NCBI GenBank assembly: GCA_030265395.1
Contig: JARFYF010000052.1
Coordinates: 125,120,471 to 125,184,470 of the forward strand
Length of the DNA stretch: 64,000 nt
Reading direction: 5' to 3'
Source: Rhina ancylostomus
Taxonomy: Eukaryota
Part shown: one piece after another, positions 13,658 through 24,389 of the stretch
Position numbering within the stretch: position 1 is the first letter of the stretch
Layout of the letters: each line of letters opens with the position of its first letter
Position numbers and translations under genes: made by a program
Notes under the pieces: model-generated
Databases searched by the model: none
The model's input: only the letters and a program-made list of their open reading frames with translations
Told to the model about the DNA's origin: nothing

Positions 13658-13868
13658 CCTGAAAGAAAAGCAAACTGCTGGAGGAACTTATCAAGCAGGT
13701 CAAGCAGCATTTGCAGGGACAAAGGAATGGTTAATGTTTCAGGTTTAAAGTCCCTGAATATTTCTTTGCCTCTACAGATGCTGTTTGACCTACTGAGTTC
13801 CTCCAGCAGTTTTTCTTTTGCTGCAGATTTCAGCATCTGTGGTCTACCCTGTCTCCATTCCTGAAAGA
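13658..13868. mobile_element. Penelope-derived palindromic insertion with a 9-bp target-site duplication (cctgaaaga)
   Basis: Inverted arms ctgctggaggaact...gcaggtcaagcagcat and atgctgtttgacctactgagttcctccagcag; cctgaaaga at 13658-13666 and 13860-13868. Confidence 0.75.
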
Positions 13869-14096
13869 GTTGATACGGCTGTATCTATACTTACAGTTAA
13901 CAGTCATTGTGAATATAAACTTGCCTAGATGTTAATACCACACAACAGTAGGTTACAGCAGCTATATGCCCCAGCTCCTAGTGCAGTGTTGCAATGCAGA
14001 AGGTCATTAATGCTTCATTTACCTGACTTGTCAGTTCATCAGTTTTCCCTGATACTGCAACCCAAATGATCTATATATTTTTACCATCTGACATTT

Positions 14097-14483
14097 CAAG
14101 TCAATTTTATTGTTATTATGCACAAGAATGGTAGAGTACAGGTACAATGAAAAACTTGCTTGCAGCAGCATCACAGGCATGTAGATTCAGACAACACATG
14201 AAACANNNNNNNNNNNNNNNNNNNNNNNNNNNNNNNNNNNNNNNNNNNNNNNNNNNNNNNNNNNNNNNNNNNNNNNNNNNNNNNNNNNNNNNNNNNNNNN
14301 NNNNNTGCAGCAGCATCACAGGCATGTAGATTCAGACAACACATGAAACATAAATTATACATAAACTAGAAATAAATTATACAAGACTGAAGAAAAAGAC
14401 TGTGGAAAACAAGACATTAGTGCAAAAAGAAACAGAGACAAGTCCATGGTAGGGCAAGAGGTGGTCTGTAGTATTCCATTGAC
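14097..14483 (-). mobile_element. Rex1/Babar-type 3' tail (gapped)
   Basis: Reverse complement of the tail at about 63490-63710; a similar copy lies at 26497-26737. Confidence 0.7.
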
Positions 14484-15739
14484 AGGTCGGATCATTATTG
14501 ATCAATGTACCATTGGCCATACAAAACAAAACCCAAAATGTATTTAATAACATAGGGCTATCATTCAGAAACTTGGATTGTCTATATAGATTCTGCGTAT
14601 ATCCACTGAGTATTTCCAGCATTTTCTGTTTTTATATTATGTCAGATAGCACCACCCTTTATGTTTACGTATTATGACACTAGGTACAAATCATGTAATG
14701 AATACACAATTTTCTGCCAATTCTTATAATTTATTAAAACAATACTTCTGAACTATGTCAATTTTTCTACCATTTTTGTAGATATGAACACAATTTCCTT
14801 TTCAAAGCCTATTCAACAAACAGCTGCCCCTTGAAGAGAATTCACTAGAAATGCTGAAAGTGTACATAAACAAGGATTTTTGTTTAAGGATTGGCTTAAT
14901 ATGTGCTTTGCTAATCTACAGTGATATCCAAAGCATTAGAAACTAGCTTTGTCCAGAGAAATCATGACCCATCTTAATTTGATTTAAGTAACAGTAAACA
15001 GTTTTATTGGTACAACAATTAATCAGTCTGAGGCAGGAGTTCCAAGAAAAAGTCCAAGTATTCCAAGTCAAATAAGTAATTTGTGCCATTTGTTTGAACA
15101 TATGTCTGGTCGTCAAATAGTTTCAACAATGAATAGATAGTTACTTAAAGGCACATGCACTGACTCACTTCTTAAATGTATTTAACAGCATGCCTTATTC
15201 ATATTAGAGGGATAATCTGGACTTTAAAGAACACTAACAAAACAAAGAAACTTGGATAACTGGTAAATAGATTAACTGAAGACTTCCCTTTTCTTCAACT
15301 TGGATTAGCAATTATAAAATGTTAATTATTTTTTTTACTGCAAAAAGAGGGGTAATTATTGGCAGAACAAATGTCACTGCCAGGCTCTGTTTTCTTTGCT
15401 CTTCAATATTTTGTTTGGCAGTTAAATTTATGTCATAGTCTAATGCACTATTGTAGATGTGGGTGGTTATTTGGCCCAGAAGCAAACTGAATTTATGCAA
15501 GTGCTATTGTTAAATTCAATTCCCATAGGATAAAAGGTACAAAACCCCCACAAATTTATTGAAACAAAGCCGAAATAATGATAACTGTTCAAAATGGTGT
15601 TCCTTAGATTATGTATCAATTCAAACGAATAATTGCAGTTAAACTTTTTTAGTAACCTACTCACCTGTCTTGTTGGAAGAGCTTCAGAGAGGGCTTTCAA
15701 AGAATGTGTAGGAACGGGGATACTTAGTAATTCATGAGC

Positions 15740-16550
15740 CTGGGCTTTTGAGGACAGGAGGGCATCCTGAAAGAGCAGTTGGCAAAACATAGGACACTTT
15801 ATAAATAAAAGTATTGAGTGTAATAGCAAGAAAGTTGTTCTAATACTTTATAAAGCTCAGACTAGGCCAGAACACACTATTTATTTTTTTAAACTGCAGA
15901 TACTGGAAATCTGAAATAAAGAGAGAGTGACACAGTTCAGCAGGTCAGTCATTGACCTGAAATATTAACTCTTTTTATCTCTCCACAGATGCTGCCTGAC
16001 ATGCTGAGTATTTCTGGCACATTCTGTTTTTAATTCACAGCGAGACTATTGTGTCTAGTTCCAGTCACCACACTATAGGGAAGATGCAAGTTGCATAGTG
16101 GATTTTACTAGAACGGCCCCAGGGATAAAGGGTTTCAGCTACAAGATTAGGTTGGAGAAGTCGGGGTTGTTCTCTTTGGAGCAAAGGAGGTTAACTGGAC
16201 ATTTGTTAAAGAAGATGCAAGATTATGGCACACTTAGATAATGCAGGCAATAAAAAATAACAGTGATGCAAAGATGAAGGGGACACAGATTTAAAACTTT
16301 ATGCAAGAAATACAAGTGGGGGAGAGGTGGACAATGCTGTGTGAGGAAGATCCTTTCCTGCACAGTGAGTGGTGGTCACCTGAAACACATTGTCTGTGAC
16401 GGCAGAGGAAGTAATCAATGATCAATGATTCCAAAAGGTAATTGGAAAGGCACTTGAGGGAACTAAAACCTGCAGGGCTAATGGACTGATTGGATTGCTC
16501 TACAGGAAGAGATGTGAATAAATGGAATCCTTCTACATTGTAATAACCCT
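15740..16550 (+). mobile_element. Degenerate CR1 LINE with a nested Penelope hairpin (about 15893-16037)
   Basis: ctttataaagctcagactaggcca...gactattgtgtctagttccagtcaccacactatagggaagatg is a CR1 LYK..RP..YCV remnant. Confidence 0.65.
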
Positions 16551-17925
16551 GTGTCTCCAGGAAAGAAAGGGTAAACTATCTGAGAATGCTAGACCATGTC
16601 ATTCATCCATTATGCCCAGATGAGTTGGACGAAACAAATGATAGTTTCCTATAGATTCAAACAAAAACCCTATGATGATACCTTGGTTCGAAGGGCACTG
16701 ATCATTGCTATATGCAAGTAGTAGAATTAGCAGTAAACCCACGTCCCACCAGAGTTGGTGGAAAAGATATAACCTCTTGGTGTGGCAGTGGGAAGTTTCA
16801 TTATGCTAGCCAGTCTCCAACCAAACGATACTGGGATTGGTCAGAGCTCAGACCTTTAACTTTCTGCTTTTGTGAAAAACATTAGTCTGTTTACTCTAAA
16901 TCATCACAAGGGGTAGAACACCCTAAGATTAGAAAAACAGTTTTTGAATTGTTACTCAGTAGAAAGAATTTACCTCATTAACAAGAGAGTTTAATAGATT
17001 TATTCTAATGGCTGCAGAGACATAGAAGGTTAGGAGGGACTAATGTCCTTACAGAAAAGTTTGGGGAGATTTGATAGAAGTTTGTAAAATCATGGTGAGT
17101 TTAGACAGAGTTAATAATGAGAATATATTTCCAAAGGTTGAAAGGCCAAGAGCCAGAAGGCACAGACTTGAGGTCTTTGGGAAACTGATCAGAATTGATG
17201 TGAGGATTAAAAAAAGAATGAGTGGTTAGGATTTGAAATGCAGTGGCTGATAATACTGTGGACACACAATTCACTAGTAGCCTTCAAAAGGACAATGGAA
17301 AATACTCAAAGGAAAAAAAACCTAGGATATTAGGAAGGAATGAGAAGTGGATTGTTCCTGCAGTGGGCCAGTGTAGATTCAATTATGTTAATGGCCTTTT
17401 TGTGCTATTCTCCAGCTCCATGTCCCGTACTGGGTTATTGTCTATGTTATGAAACAGAATAAAAATCCACTGAATGCTTCATTCTGTTGCTTTATGGAGT
17501 AGTGTTTGCTGACTCAGATTGTTGATTTAGGATTGGTTTCAAACTCCCAGCATTTTATAATCCAATTTCCTCAAAATAATTTCATCTCACCTACCCATGA
17601 AGACGTATGAGATGACAGAACACTGTTTATACAGTATGGACTATCATGTTTAAGGTTCTGGCTCACACTATGCACGCCTTATGTTAAAAACCGTAAGGAA
17701 TTAGGATAACAACTTTTAGCGATGGCTATGAAAAAGGCAAGGCAAACCCGAAAGATCAAGTCGCACCCCTACTGAACAGGAACGCTTCTGTTCATCATAG
17801 ACTGGTCTAAGTTAGTCAACAAATAGTTATGTGTTGTGGTTTTGAACATGGTTAGGAACCATGTTCCTAAATTTAGTTCGAGTCTGGTTCACATTTGGGA
17901 TCCTTCTGTTGGAATACATCCAGAT

Positions 17926-17980
17926 TGACGTCAGCAAGAGTCATCGCTGGATCCAGGAGGTCATACGCTACCTTCATAAA
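17926..17980 (+). promoter_or_regulatory. Candidate proximal promoter of the CYTL1-like gene: palindromic CRE TGACGTCA (17926-17933) and TATA-like CATAAA (17975-17980)
   Basis: Both motifs are seen 110-165 bp upstream of the ATG in a CpG-retaining segment; function is inferred. Confidence 0.45.
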
Positions 17981-18088
17981 TTGGAGCACATTTCGGCATG
18001 GGCATATTTCAAACTCACAGAAAAAGGGAGGCGCCAGGAAGGGAACTTCGCTTTAGGATTTACAGTAGGCTGCATATTGTGACGAGTT

Positions 18089-18232
18089 ATGGATCTGCTG
18101 AGAAAAGTTATCCTCTTGTCCACTTTCCTTATCATTGTTGATTCTGCCCCACCGACTTGTTATTCGGCTGTTTTGAAATTAAGCAAGGGAATTATGGTTT
18201 CAATGGAAAGATTAGAGAAATTTCCCGTCACG
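18089..18232 (+). CDS. CYTL1-like: CYTL1-like coding exon 1 (signal peptide and PPTCYS)
   Basis: ATG at 18089, 48 codons, donor ACG|gtaaat. Confidence 0.9.
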
Positions 18233-19066
18233 GTAAATCAGAAGAGCAATATGTTCACTTGATTATTCCGTTGTGCTTGTGGAATAGTTACATGAATATG
18301 TTTCCTCCACAGAGACGTTGTGTTGCTAACTTGCCCAAACTCTATATTGATGTGCACGTAAGTACTTTTGATTTCAGGAAAACAGCGTTGGCGCTGTTAT
18401 TATTTCAATGATCCTTGATGAAAATATTGACGAAACTTATTCGTGTTCCAGAATGCTTGCGTGTTGACCAAACTTCGCGATCACATCTATGCTTTGGAAA
18501 ATCTCATCACTCCTGACTGCAAGGAATTAAAACGAATTGCTTTCCTGAAATTCCGCATTGGGCGCTTGTATAATATGATCGGCCGGCTCTGCCACCGGGT
18601 AATATATAGACATCTGGTTAACATCTTCTCGACTTGAATGCCACCTCTTAAGCGAAGACCATAGATAGGAATATCTTTATTTCAAAAAAAAAATCACATG
18701 AATATATAAAGATAGAACGTTCAAGTCAACATTTTCAAAACAAGTAACGTTATTCCATTACTTAACATGAACATACCATCCGTTATCATTAATTTACAAA
18801 TTTAAAGTATATCGTTCATGGGATTTTAAACACAACAGGTGGGCACGGTAACCTCAACATATTACCATGCTTACCCATTATAAGCTTATCATGGTTTTGA
18901 GCTGGTTTCCAGTTGTGTAATGTTGGACTTACCGAGACCACTGTATATACCTCAGTGTCATTGATTACATTTGTTATTTTTACAGGATCTTGTGTTTTTT
19001 GCTGATGATTGTCCAGCGCTAGAACGCCCTCCACCCCCAGAAAGTCAAGAAGACAACTTGAAGTGA
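18089..19066 (+). CDS. CYTL1-like: Cytokine-like protein 1 (CYTL1/C17) family gene, 4 exons join(18089..18232,18313..18357,18452..18598,18986..19066), 138 aa secreted protein
   Basis: Spliced translation: MDLLRKVILLSTFLIIVDSAPPTCYSAVLKLSKGIMVSMERLEKFPVT|RRCVANLPKLYIDVH|NACVLTKLRDHIYALENLITPDCKELKRIAFLKFRIGRLYNMIGRLCHR|DLVFFADDCPALERPPPPESQEDNLK*. It matches recalled CYTL1 motifs PPTCYS, C..LP.LY.D.HN.CVL.KLRD and C.RDLVF..DDC.ALE. All introns are GT-AG and phase 0; no internal stops; hydrophobic signal peptide. Confidence 0.93.
18313..18357 (+). CDS. CYTL1-like: CYTL1-like coding exon 2
   Basis: tttcctccacag| acceptor, 45 nt encoding RRCVANLPKLYIDVH, |gtaagt donor. Confidence 0.92.
18452..18598 (+). 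CDS. CYTL1-like: CYTL1-like coding exon 3
   Basis: gtgttccag| acceptor, 147 nt encoding NACVLTKLRD...RLCHR, |gtaata donor. Confidence 0.92.
18986..19066 (+). CDS. CYTL1-like: CYTL1-like coding exon 4
   Basis: ttatttttacag| acceptor, DLVFFADDCPALE..., stop TGA at 19064-19066. Confidence 0.9.
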   Translation, partial: DLVFFADDCPALERPPPPESQEDNLK

Positions 19067-19257
19067 AGCCTCACACACAAAATGCTGGAGGAACTCAGCA
19101 GGCGAGGCAGCATCTGTGGAGAGAAAGAAACAGTCGAGGTTTCGGGTCGACTGTGTATTTCCCTCCATGGATGCTGCCTGACCTGCTGAGTTCCTCCAGC
19201 GTTTGTGTTGCTCCAGATTCCAGCGTCTGCAAAATCCCTTGTGTTAAAGTGAAGCCT
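19061..19257. mobile_element. Penelope-derived hairpin insertion in the CYTL1-like 3' UTR, with an 11-bp target-site duplication (aagtgaagcct)
   Basis: Duplication at 19061-19071 and 19247-19257; inverted arms gctggaggaactcagcaggcgaggcagcatc and gatgctgcctgacctgctgagttcctccagc. Confidence 0.8.
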
Positions 19258-19538
19258 TTATAAAGCAGAAGATAGATTGAGTAGGTGTCACGTGTTCTGT
19301 ATTAGTACTACAGCCTTCCAGTAAGGAAAAACCTACTACGTTATTTTAACCACAGAGTATTTGTTTTAGTAGGGTAGTGCAAACGTGGATTATGCCGAAC
19401 AAAATCGTTTGATATACTGTATTCAATGAACTAATCAGTTTATGTGTATTATATGAGAGGTGACGTGTGGCTGTGGACTAAAACTAGTTTGGTCCTCTGA
19501 TTAATGCTGGAATGTACAAAAGTGAACAACGTTAGCAA

Positions 19539-19544
19539 AATAAA
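19539..19544 (+). terminator. Candidate polyadenylation signal of the CYTL1-like gene
   Basis: AATAAA about 470 nt after the stop, followed by a GT/T-rich tract at about 19565-19600. Confidence 0.55.
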
Positions 19545-19779
19545 TGACTATGTTACCATTAGCAGTGTATTCTTGTCTCGTCACTTGTATGATTGTTGGT
19601 CCTGCTGTATCTACACAGGAGGTTGCTGGCACTTTGTACAAATGATTTTCTTTGAATGGCTATCAAATCAATTTCACTTCAGTGTTATTTCTACATGTCC
19701 TTATATTACGCTTTCCTTTTCAACCAGATATCCAATTCTCTTTTGAAAACCATCAATAAATCTGCTTTCACCAGTATTT

Positions 19780-20735
19780 CATCCCAGTCCCAGGACATAA
19801 ATGCAGGAGTTCCTCAGGGCAATATCCTAAGCCCCACTATCTCCAACTGCTTCATCAATCATAAGATCAGAAGTAGGGATGTTTATTCATTATTTCANNN
19901 NNNNNNNNNNNNNNNNNNNNNNNNNNNNNNNNATTCCTTACCAAGTGAACCAGTTCACATCAGACTTTGATATGTTACAAGTGACATCTGTGTCACAAAA
20001 TTACTAGCCAATGAGAGTCCAGCCACTTAACCAAAACACTGACAATTCTTTCCCCCTGACAAATGCTGCTCAACCTGCTGAGCTCCTCTGGCAGATTGCT
20101 GCATTTACCCTTGATGTTCAATGGCACTACCCAAATCCCCTACCATTGACCAGAAACTCAACTACATACAGGGAGCAAATCAAAGGCTGGGTGTGCTGTG
20201 GCAAGTGACTCACCTCCTGATGACCCAAAGCCTTACCACCATCTACAAGGCACAAATTAAGAGTAGAGGTTGGAATACTTTCTACTGGCTTGGAGGATTG
20301 AAGCTTCAACCATCCTCCAGAAGCTCCACACCATCCAGAACAAAGAACCTCACTTTACTGGTACCTAATTCATGACCAAAAAACTATTTTCTTACAGAAC
20401 TGGCAGACACGACTATTATGTATATATTTACAAAGTACAGTGTGGTTAGTCACCTCAGCTACTTCAACAGCACTTGCTAAAGGACAAGGGCAGCTGGTGC
20501 ATGGGAACATCAGCATCTTCAGACTCTCCATGATGTTGCACACCAACCTCACTTGTAAATAGTCCTTCACTAGTCCTTCATCATCACTGGGCCTAAACCC
20601 TGGAACTCCCTGCCCAATAGAATTGTGGAAGCACTTTCACTAGAAGGATCACAACAATTCAAGGTGGTGGTTGATCACCAACTTCTTCAGGGCAATTGGG
20701 ACTGAACAATTTATCTTCAACAACAATGATCTTAA
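19780..20735 (+). mobile_element. Degenerate L2/CR1-group LINE fragments with a nested hairpin fragment
   Basis: ORF remnant DINAGVPQGNILSPTISNCFIN (RT motif GVPQGS.L.P..F..FIN), followed by TTIYKAQ. Confidence 0.75.
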
Positions 20736-20869
20736 AAAAATGAAATAAAATCATCTCAAATTTATTTCACGATTATGTATTGGTCAATGAAAATCATTAA
20801 TCACTTGCAACATTAACTGTTTCAGTTTTCACAGATACTGCCTAACCTGCTGAGTATTTCCAGTATAAA

Positions 20870-21745
20870 CAGAACAGAACACAAAACAGTACAGCAGAGG
20901 TTCCTTTCAGCCCATGATGTCTGTGCCAACCATGATGCTAAATTAAACTAAACCCATCTGCCTGCACATGGTCTATATCCCTGCATTTCCTATCTGCTCA
21001 TGTGCATGTCTAAATGTCTCATTCCTATCATATCTGCTTCCACCACTTCCCTTGGCAGCATGTTCCATGCATCTACCACTCTGTGTTAAATCTTGCTTTG
21101 TAAATTTTCTTTAAACGTTCCCCCTCCCATAAAGCAACAACCTCTGGTATTTGACATTTCCACCCTGGAATAAAGACTCTGACTGTCTACCTTATCTGTG
21201 CCTCTCATAATTTTGTCTACTTCCATTAGGTTGCCCATCAGCCTCCAGAGGAAACAGTCCAAGTTTGTCCAACCTCTTCTTATAGCAAATGCACTCTAAT
21301 CCAGGCAGCATCCTGGTGAACCTCTTCTGCACCCTCCACATCCTTCCTGTAATGCGGTGACCAGAACTGCACACAATACTCCAAATGTGGCCTAACCAAA
21401 GCTTTATACATCTGGAACACCACTTGCCAACCTTAATACTCAATGCCTCCACCAATGAGGACAATTATGCCTTATTCCATCTTTACCATCCTATCTATTT
21501 GTGTTGCAACTTACAGGGAGCTATGGACTTGCACCCCAAAATCCCTCTATTTGAATACTCTTAAGGGTCCTGCCATTTATTGTATACTTTCCTCTTACAT
21601 TTGATCTCACAAAGTGCAACACCTCACACTTGTCCAGATTAAGCTCCATCTGCCATTTCTCTACTCATATTTCTGACTGATCTATATCCTGTTGTATCCT
21701 TTGACAACCTTCTTCACTATCTGCAGCTCCTCCAATTTTCTGGTA
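20870..21745 (-). mobile_element. CR1-clade LINE 3' portion
   Basis: Remnant VQKRFTRMLPGLECICYKKRLDKLGLFPLE, with an acagaacagaac tail. Confidence 0.9.
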
Positions 21746-21785
21746 TAACTCATTTTTAGATGACCAGAATTATATTGTCTTTTCT

Positions 21786-22505
21786 TCTCAGGCAGTCCCT
21801 CAGGATTGGTGATGACTCACTTCCACCACAGTTATGTAGATTCTGTGGTGATTGATGAGGCTTCTGTTGGTGAGCTCACACTGTCACAATGTTTATCTGG
21901 AGCAAACTCACAGAACTCAAATGTGGCACACTGATACAAGACTGGAGTCAGGATACTTCCTCAGGACAAACACAGGCAGTAACTGGAAGGAATCNNNNNN
22001 NNNNNNNNNNNNNNNNNNNNNNNNNNNNNNNNNNNNNNNNNNNNNNNNNNNNNNNNNNNNNNNNNNNNNNNNNNNNNNNNNNNNNNNNNNNNNNTCCAGC
22101 ATGGAATCCATGTGCTGGACAACAAGGCATTAATGGAGCCAAATGAGAACCAGAACTCAGAACCATGACACACTCTGCCATTGACGTAAGGCATCTGCGT
22201 GCTTCCAATATATGGACTTGAGGTTCTCAATACTATCCTAAATGCTCCACAGACAAAGGGATCCTGTGGTTCCACATTGAAAGCAATGCTAAATTTCACT
22301 TAGAAGTGGCTCCCGAGATATGGGAAGTAGTCCACGTTTTCCAATGTCTCATCATGAACCTTTGTCCTTGCGGTATGGTGTTGTACAGTGGGGGCAGACT
22401 GGTAGAAAACCTTTGTCTTACAGACTTTGAGAGTAAGGCCCATCCTTGTGCAGGGGTCAAAGATGACTTGGAGTTCGGCTTCTGAGTGTGTGCAAATGCA
22501 AATGC
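21786..22505 (-). mobile_element. RTE-clade (BovB-like) LINE fragment interrupted by an LTR-like element
   Basis: ORF 22300-22515 reads HSEAELQ...RMGLTLKVCKTKVFYQ...DETLENVDYFPYLGS, typical of an RTE reverse transcriptase. Confidence 0.75.
21882..22170. mobile_element. LTR-like element with TGTCA...TGACA termini (internal gap)
   Basis: Starts tgtcacaat and ends ccatgaca; flanks cacac/cactc form an imperfect duplication; the first about 95 bp recur inverted at 23768-23860. Confidence 0.55.
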
Positions 22506-23505
22506 AGATTGACAACTGAGGCTCAGATGATCTTGTCTCTTGGATGTAGTTGCCATAGTTTGAATAGAATTATGCATCTGTCCCTTTGCAAGCCATTTTC
22601 TTGCATCCTCACACAATCCCCACAATGCATGTCTTTGAGCAAAACATTTAAATTAGCAGCAGTTGAAAGGTTATTTACAGCATTCATATAATGTGAATTC
22701 CATTTCAATATCAATGAATTCAAATAGTGGGTTCCTTACTGTGGAGTGTATGAGCTCCATACTTAAAGACAATTTACAATCTCATAAGACATTTGTTATC
22801 AACAATGTTCTGGTCAGTTATTCTTAAGGCATCGTGTTATATAAAAGTAAAGCTTGTCAGTTGTAATTTCCCTCTCACACACTCCAACTATGTGATTTAA
22901 TCATTGAAAAAATAATCATTCAATATTTCTAAATGTAAGACTAAAGAATCAAAAAGGTGTAAATTCATTTAAGCCAAAGTCTTTTCTCTAATTTTGTATT
23001 CCTTATAGAATCTGCAATGATTTAACATGACACTTCTATGCATTGTGTTCTTAAATCTAATAGTATGCTTTTAAAAAAATGTGATTGTTAAACATTAGCA
23101 AGGATTGCATTTCACTGAAGCAAACAGAAATACTTTGTTTCTTTCTAATCACAGTTTTCATTGGATTACATAAATATACTTCACAGAAATCAGCCATTCT
23201 GTGTAACTGGTCTATGTCAATACTTATGCTTCATAACTAGCCTTTCCCCCTCCCTCTCCGTCGCCTCTAATGCTCCCCCAGCATTTATGTAACGTCTCCA
23301 TTAATGTACGGGCCATTTGCCCCAATTACTCCTTGTGACAGCAGATTCTGTGTTCAACCACTCTCTGAGTAAACACATTTCTCCTGAATTCCTCATTAAA
23401 TTTGTTGATGAAAACCTTATATTTATAGCCTAAAGTTTTTTCACACCATCATATGGCAATATTTTATCTACCCCATCAAACCTGTTCACATTCTGAAAGG
23501 CCTAG

Positions 23506-23860
23506 TGTTACGAACCAGCAACAAAAGAAACACGCCGAGACGTATAAGTGTTAAAAGCTAATTTATTAATAACTACTTATGATAATGTGAAAAATAAAAG
23601 TAAAAATGTTAGAATGTTAGAAGTAAAAATGTTAAACCCCGAATATTAACTCCCAAAAACTAACTAANNNNNNNNNNNNNNNNNNNNNNNNNNNNNNNNN
23701 NNNNNNNNNNNNNNNNNNNNNNNNNNNNNNNNNNNNNNNNNNNNNNNNNNNNNNNNNNNNNNNNNNNCCTGTGTTTGTCCTGAGGAAGTATCCTGACTCC
23801 AGTCTTGTATCAGTGTGCCACATTTGTGTTCTAAGTTTGCTCCGGATCAACATTGTGACA
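23506..23860. mobile_element. LTR-like sequences (TGTTACG start, GTGACA end) spanning a gap
   Basis: TG..CA termini; the right part is an inverted copy of 21882-21976. No matching target-site duplication, so two elements may be involved. Confidence 0.5.
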
Positions 23861-24389
23861 AATCTGAAATGTTGGTGTAATATTTCACCATGAGTTGACT
23901 TCCAGATAGGTTTAGATCTCAAATCCCTGCAACTATCAAAACTGCCTTTTTCAAGGTTTGTAGCATAACTTAACTCCATCGCCTTAAGTGCTTCTGCTGC
24001 TGAAACCCTTATAAGCTCCTTTGTTATATCTAACCTACTCCTGATTGTACACTCTGAATTCAACATCATTCAAAACCCCACTATGTCCTGACTCACACCA
24101 ATACCTATCGATTCATAATCCCTGTATTCTCTGACCTGTACTGACTCCTGGATGCACATCACCTCATTTTTGCAATTCATGTCCTTTTTGTCAAATCGTT
24201 CCATTGAGTCACCTCCATCTGTCATCTTCACCTTCTCGTTAACTCTCCAAGATATCTACAATCAACTATTTCTGGGATCTCATCCTTCCTCACTAAACCA
24301 CTGGCCATCACATCTTCAGCTACCATAGATAAAAATATCTCAATGTCATTTTCCTCTTGAACATGCTTCAAGAGGAAACCCAGCAAGAT

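Noticed and set aside
14161-14350. 45-bp direct repeat on either side of an N gap
   Set aside because: Typical unmerged contig overlap inside a Rex1 tail.
16595-16705. cagatgag...cgaaac hammerhead-like motif and an ATGATGA...CTGA C/D-box-like pair
   Set aside because: The hammerhead core is mismatched with no stem I; the C and D boxes are too close together and lack a terminal stem.
17738-17770. ggcaaacccgaaag...cgca resembles a c-di-GMP-I riboswitch
   Set aside because: The P2 stem does not pair properly and the context is vertebrate; a chance match.
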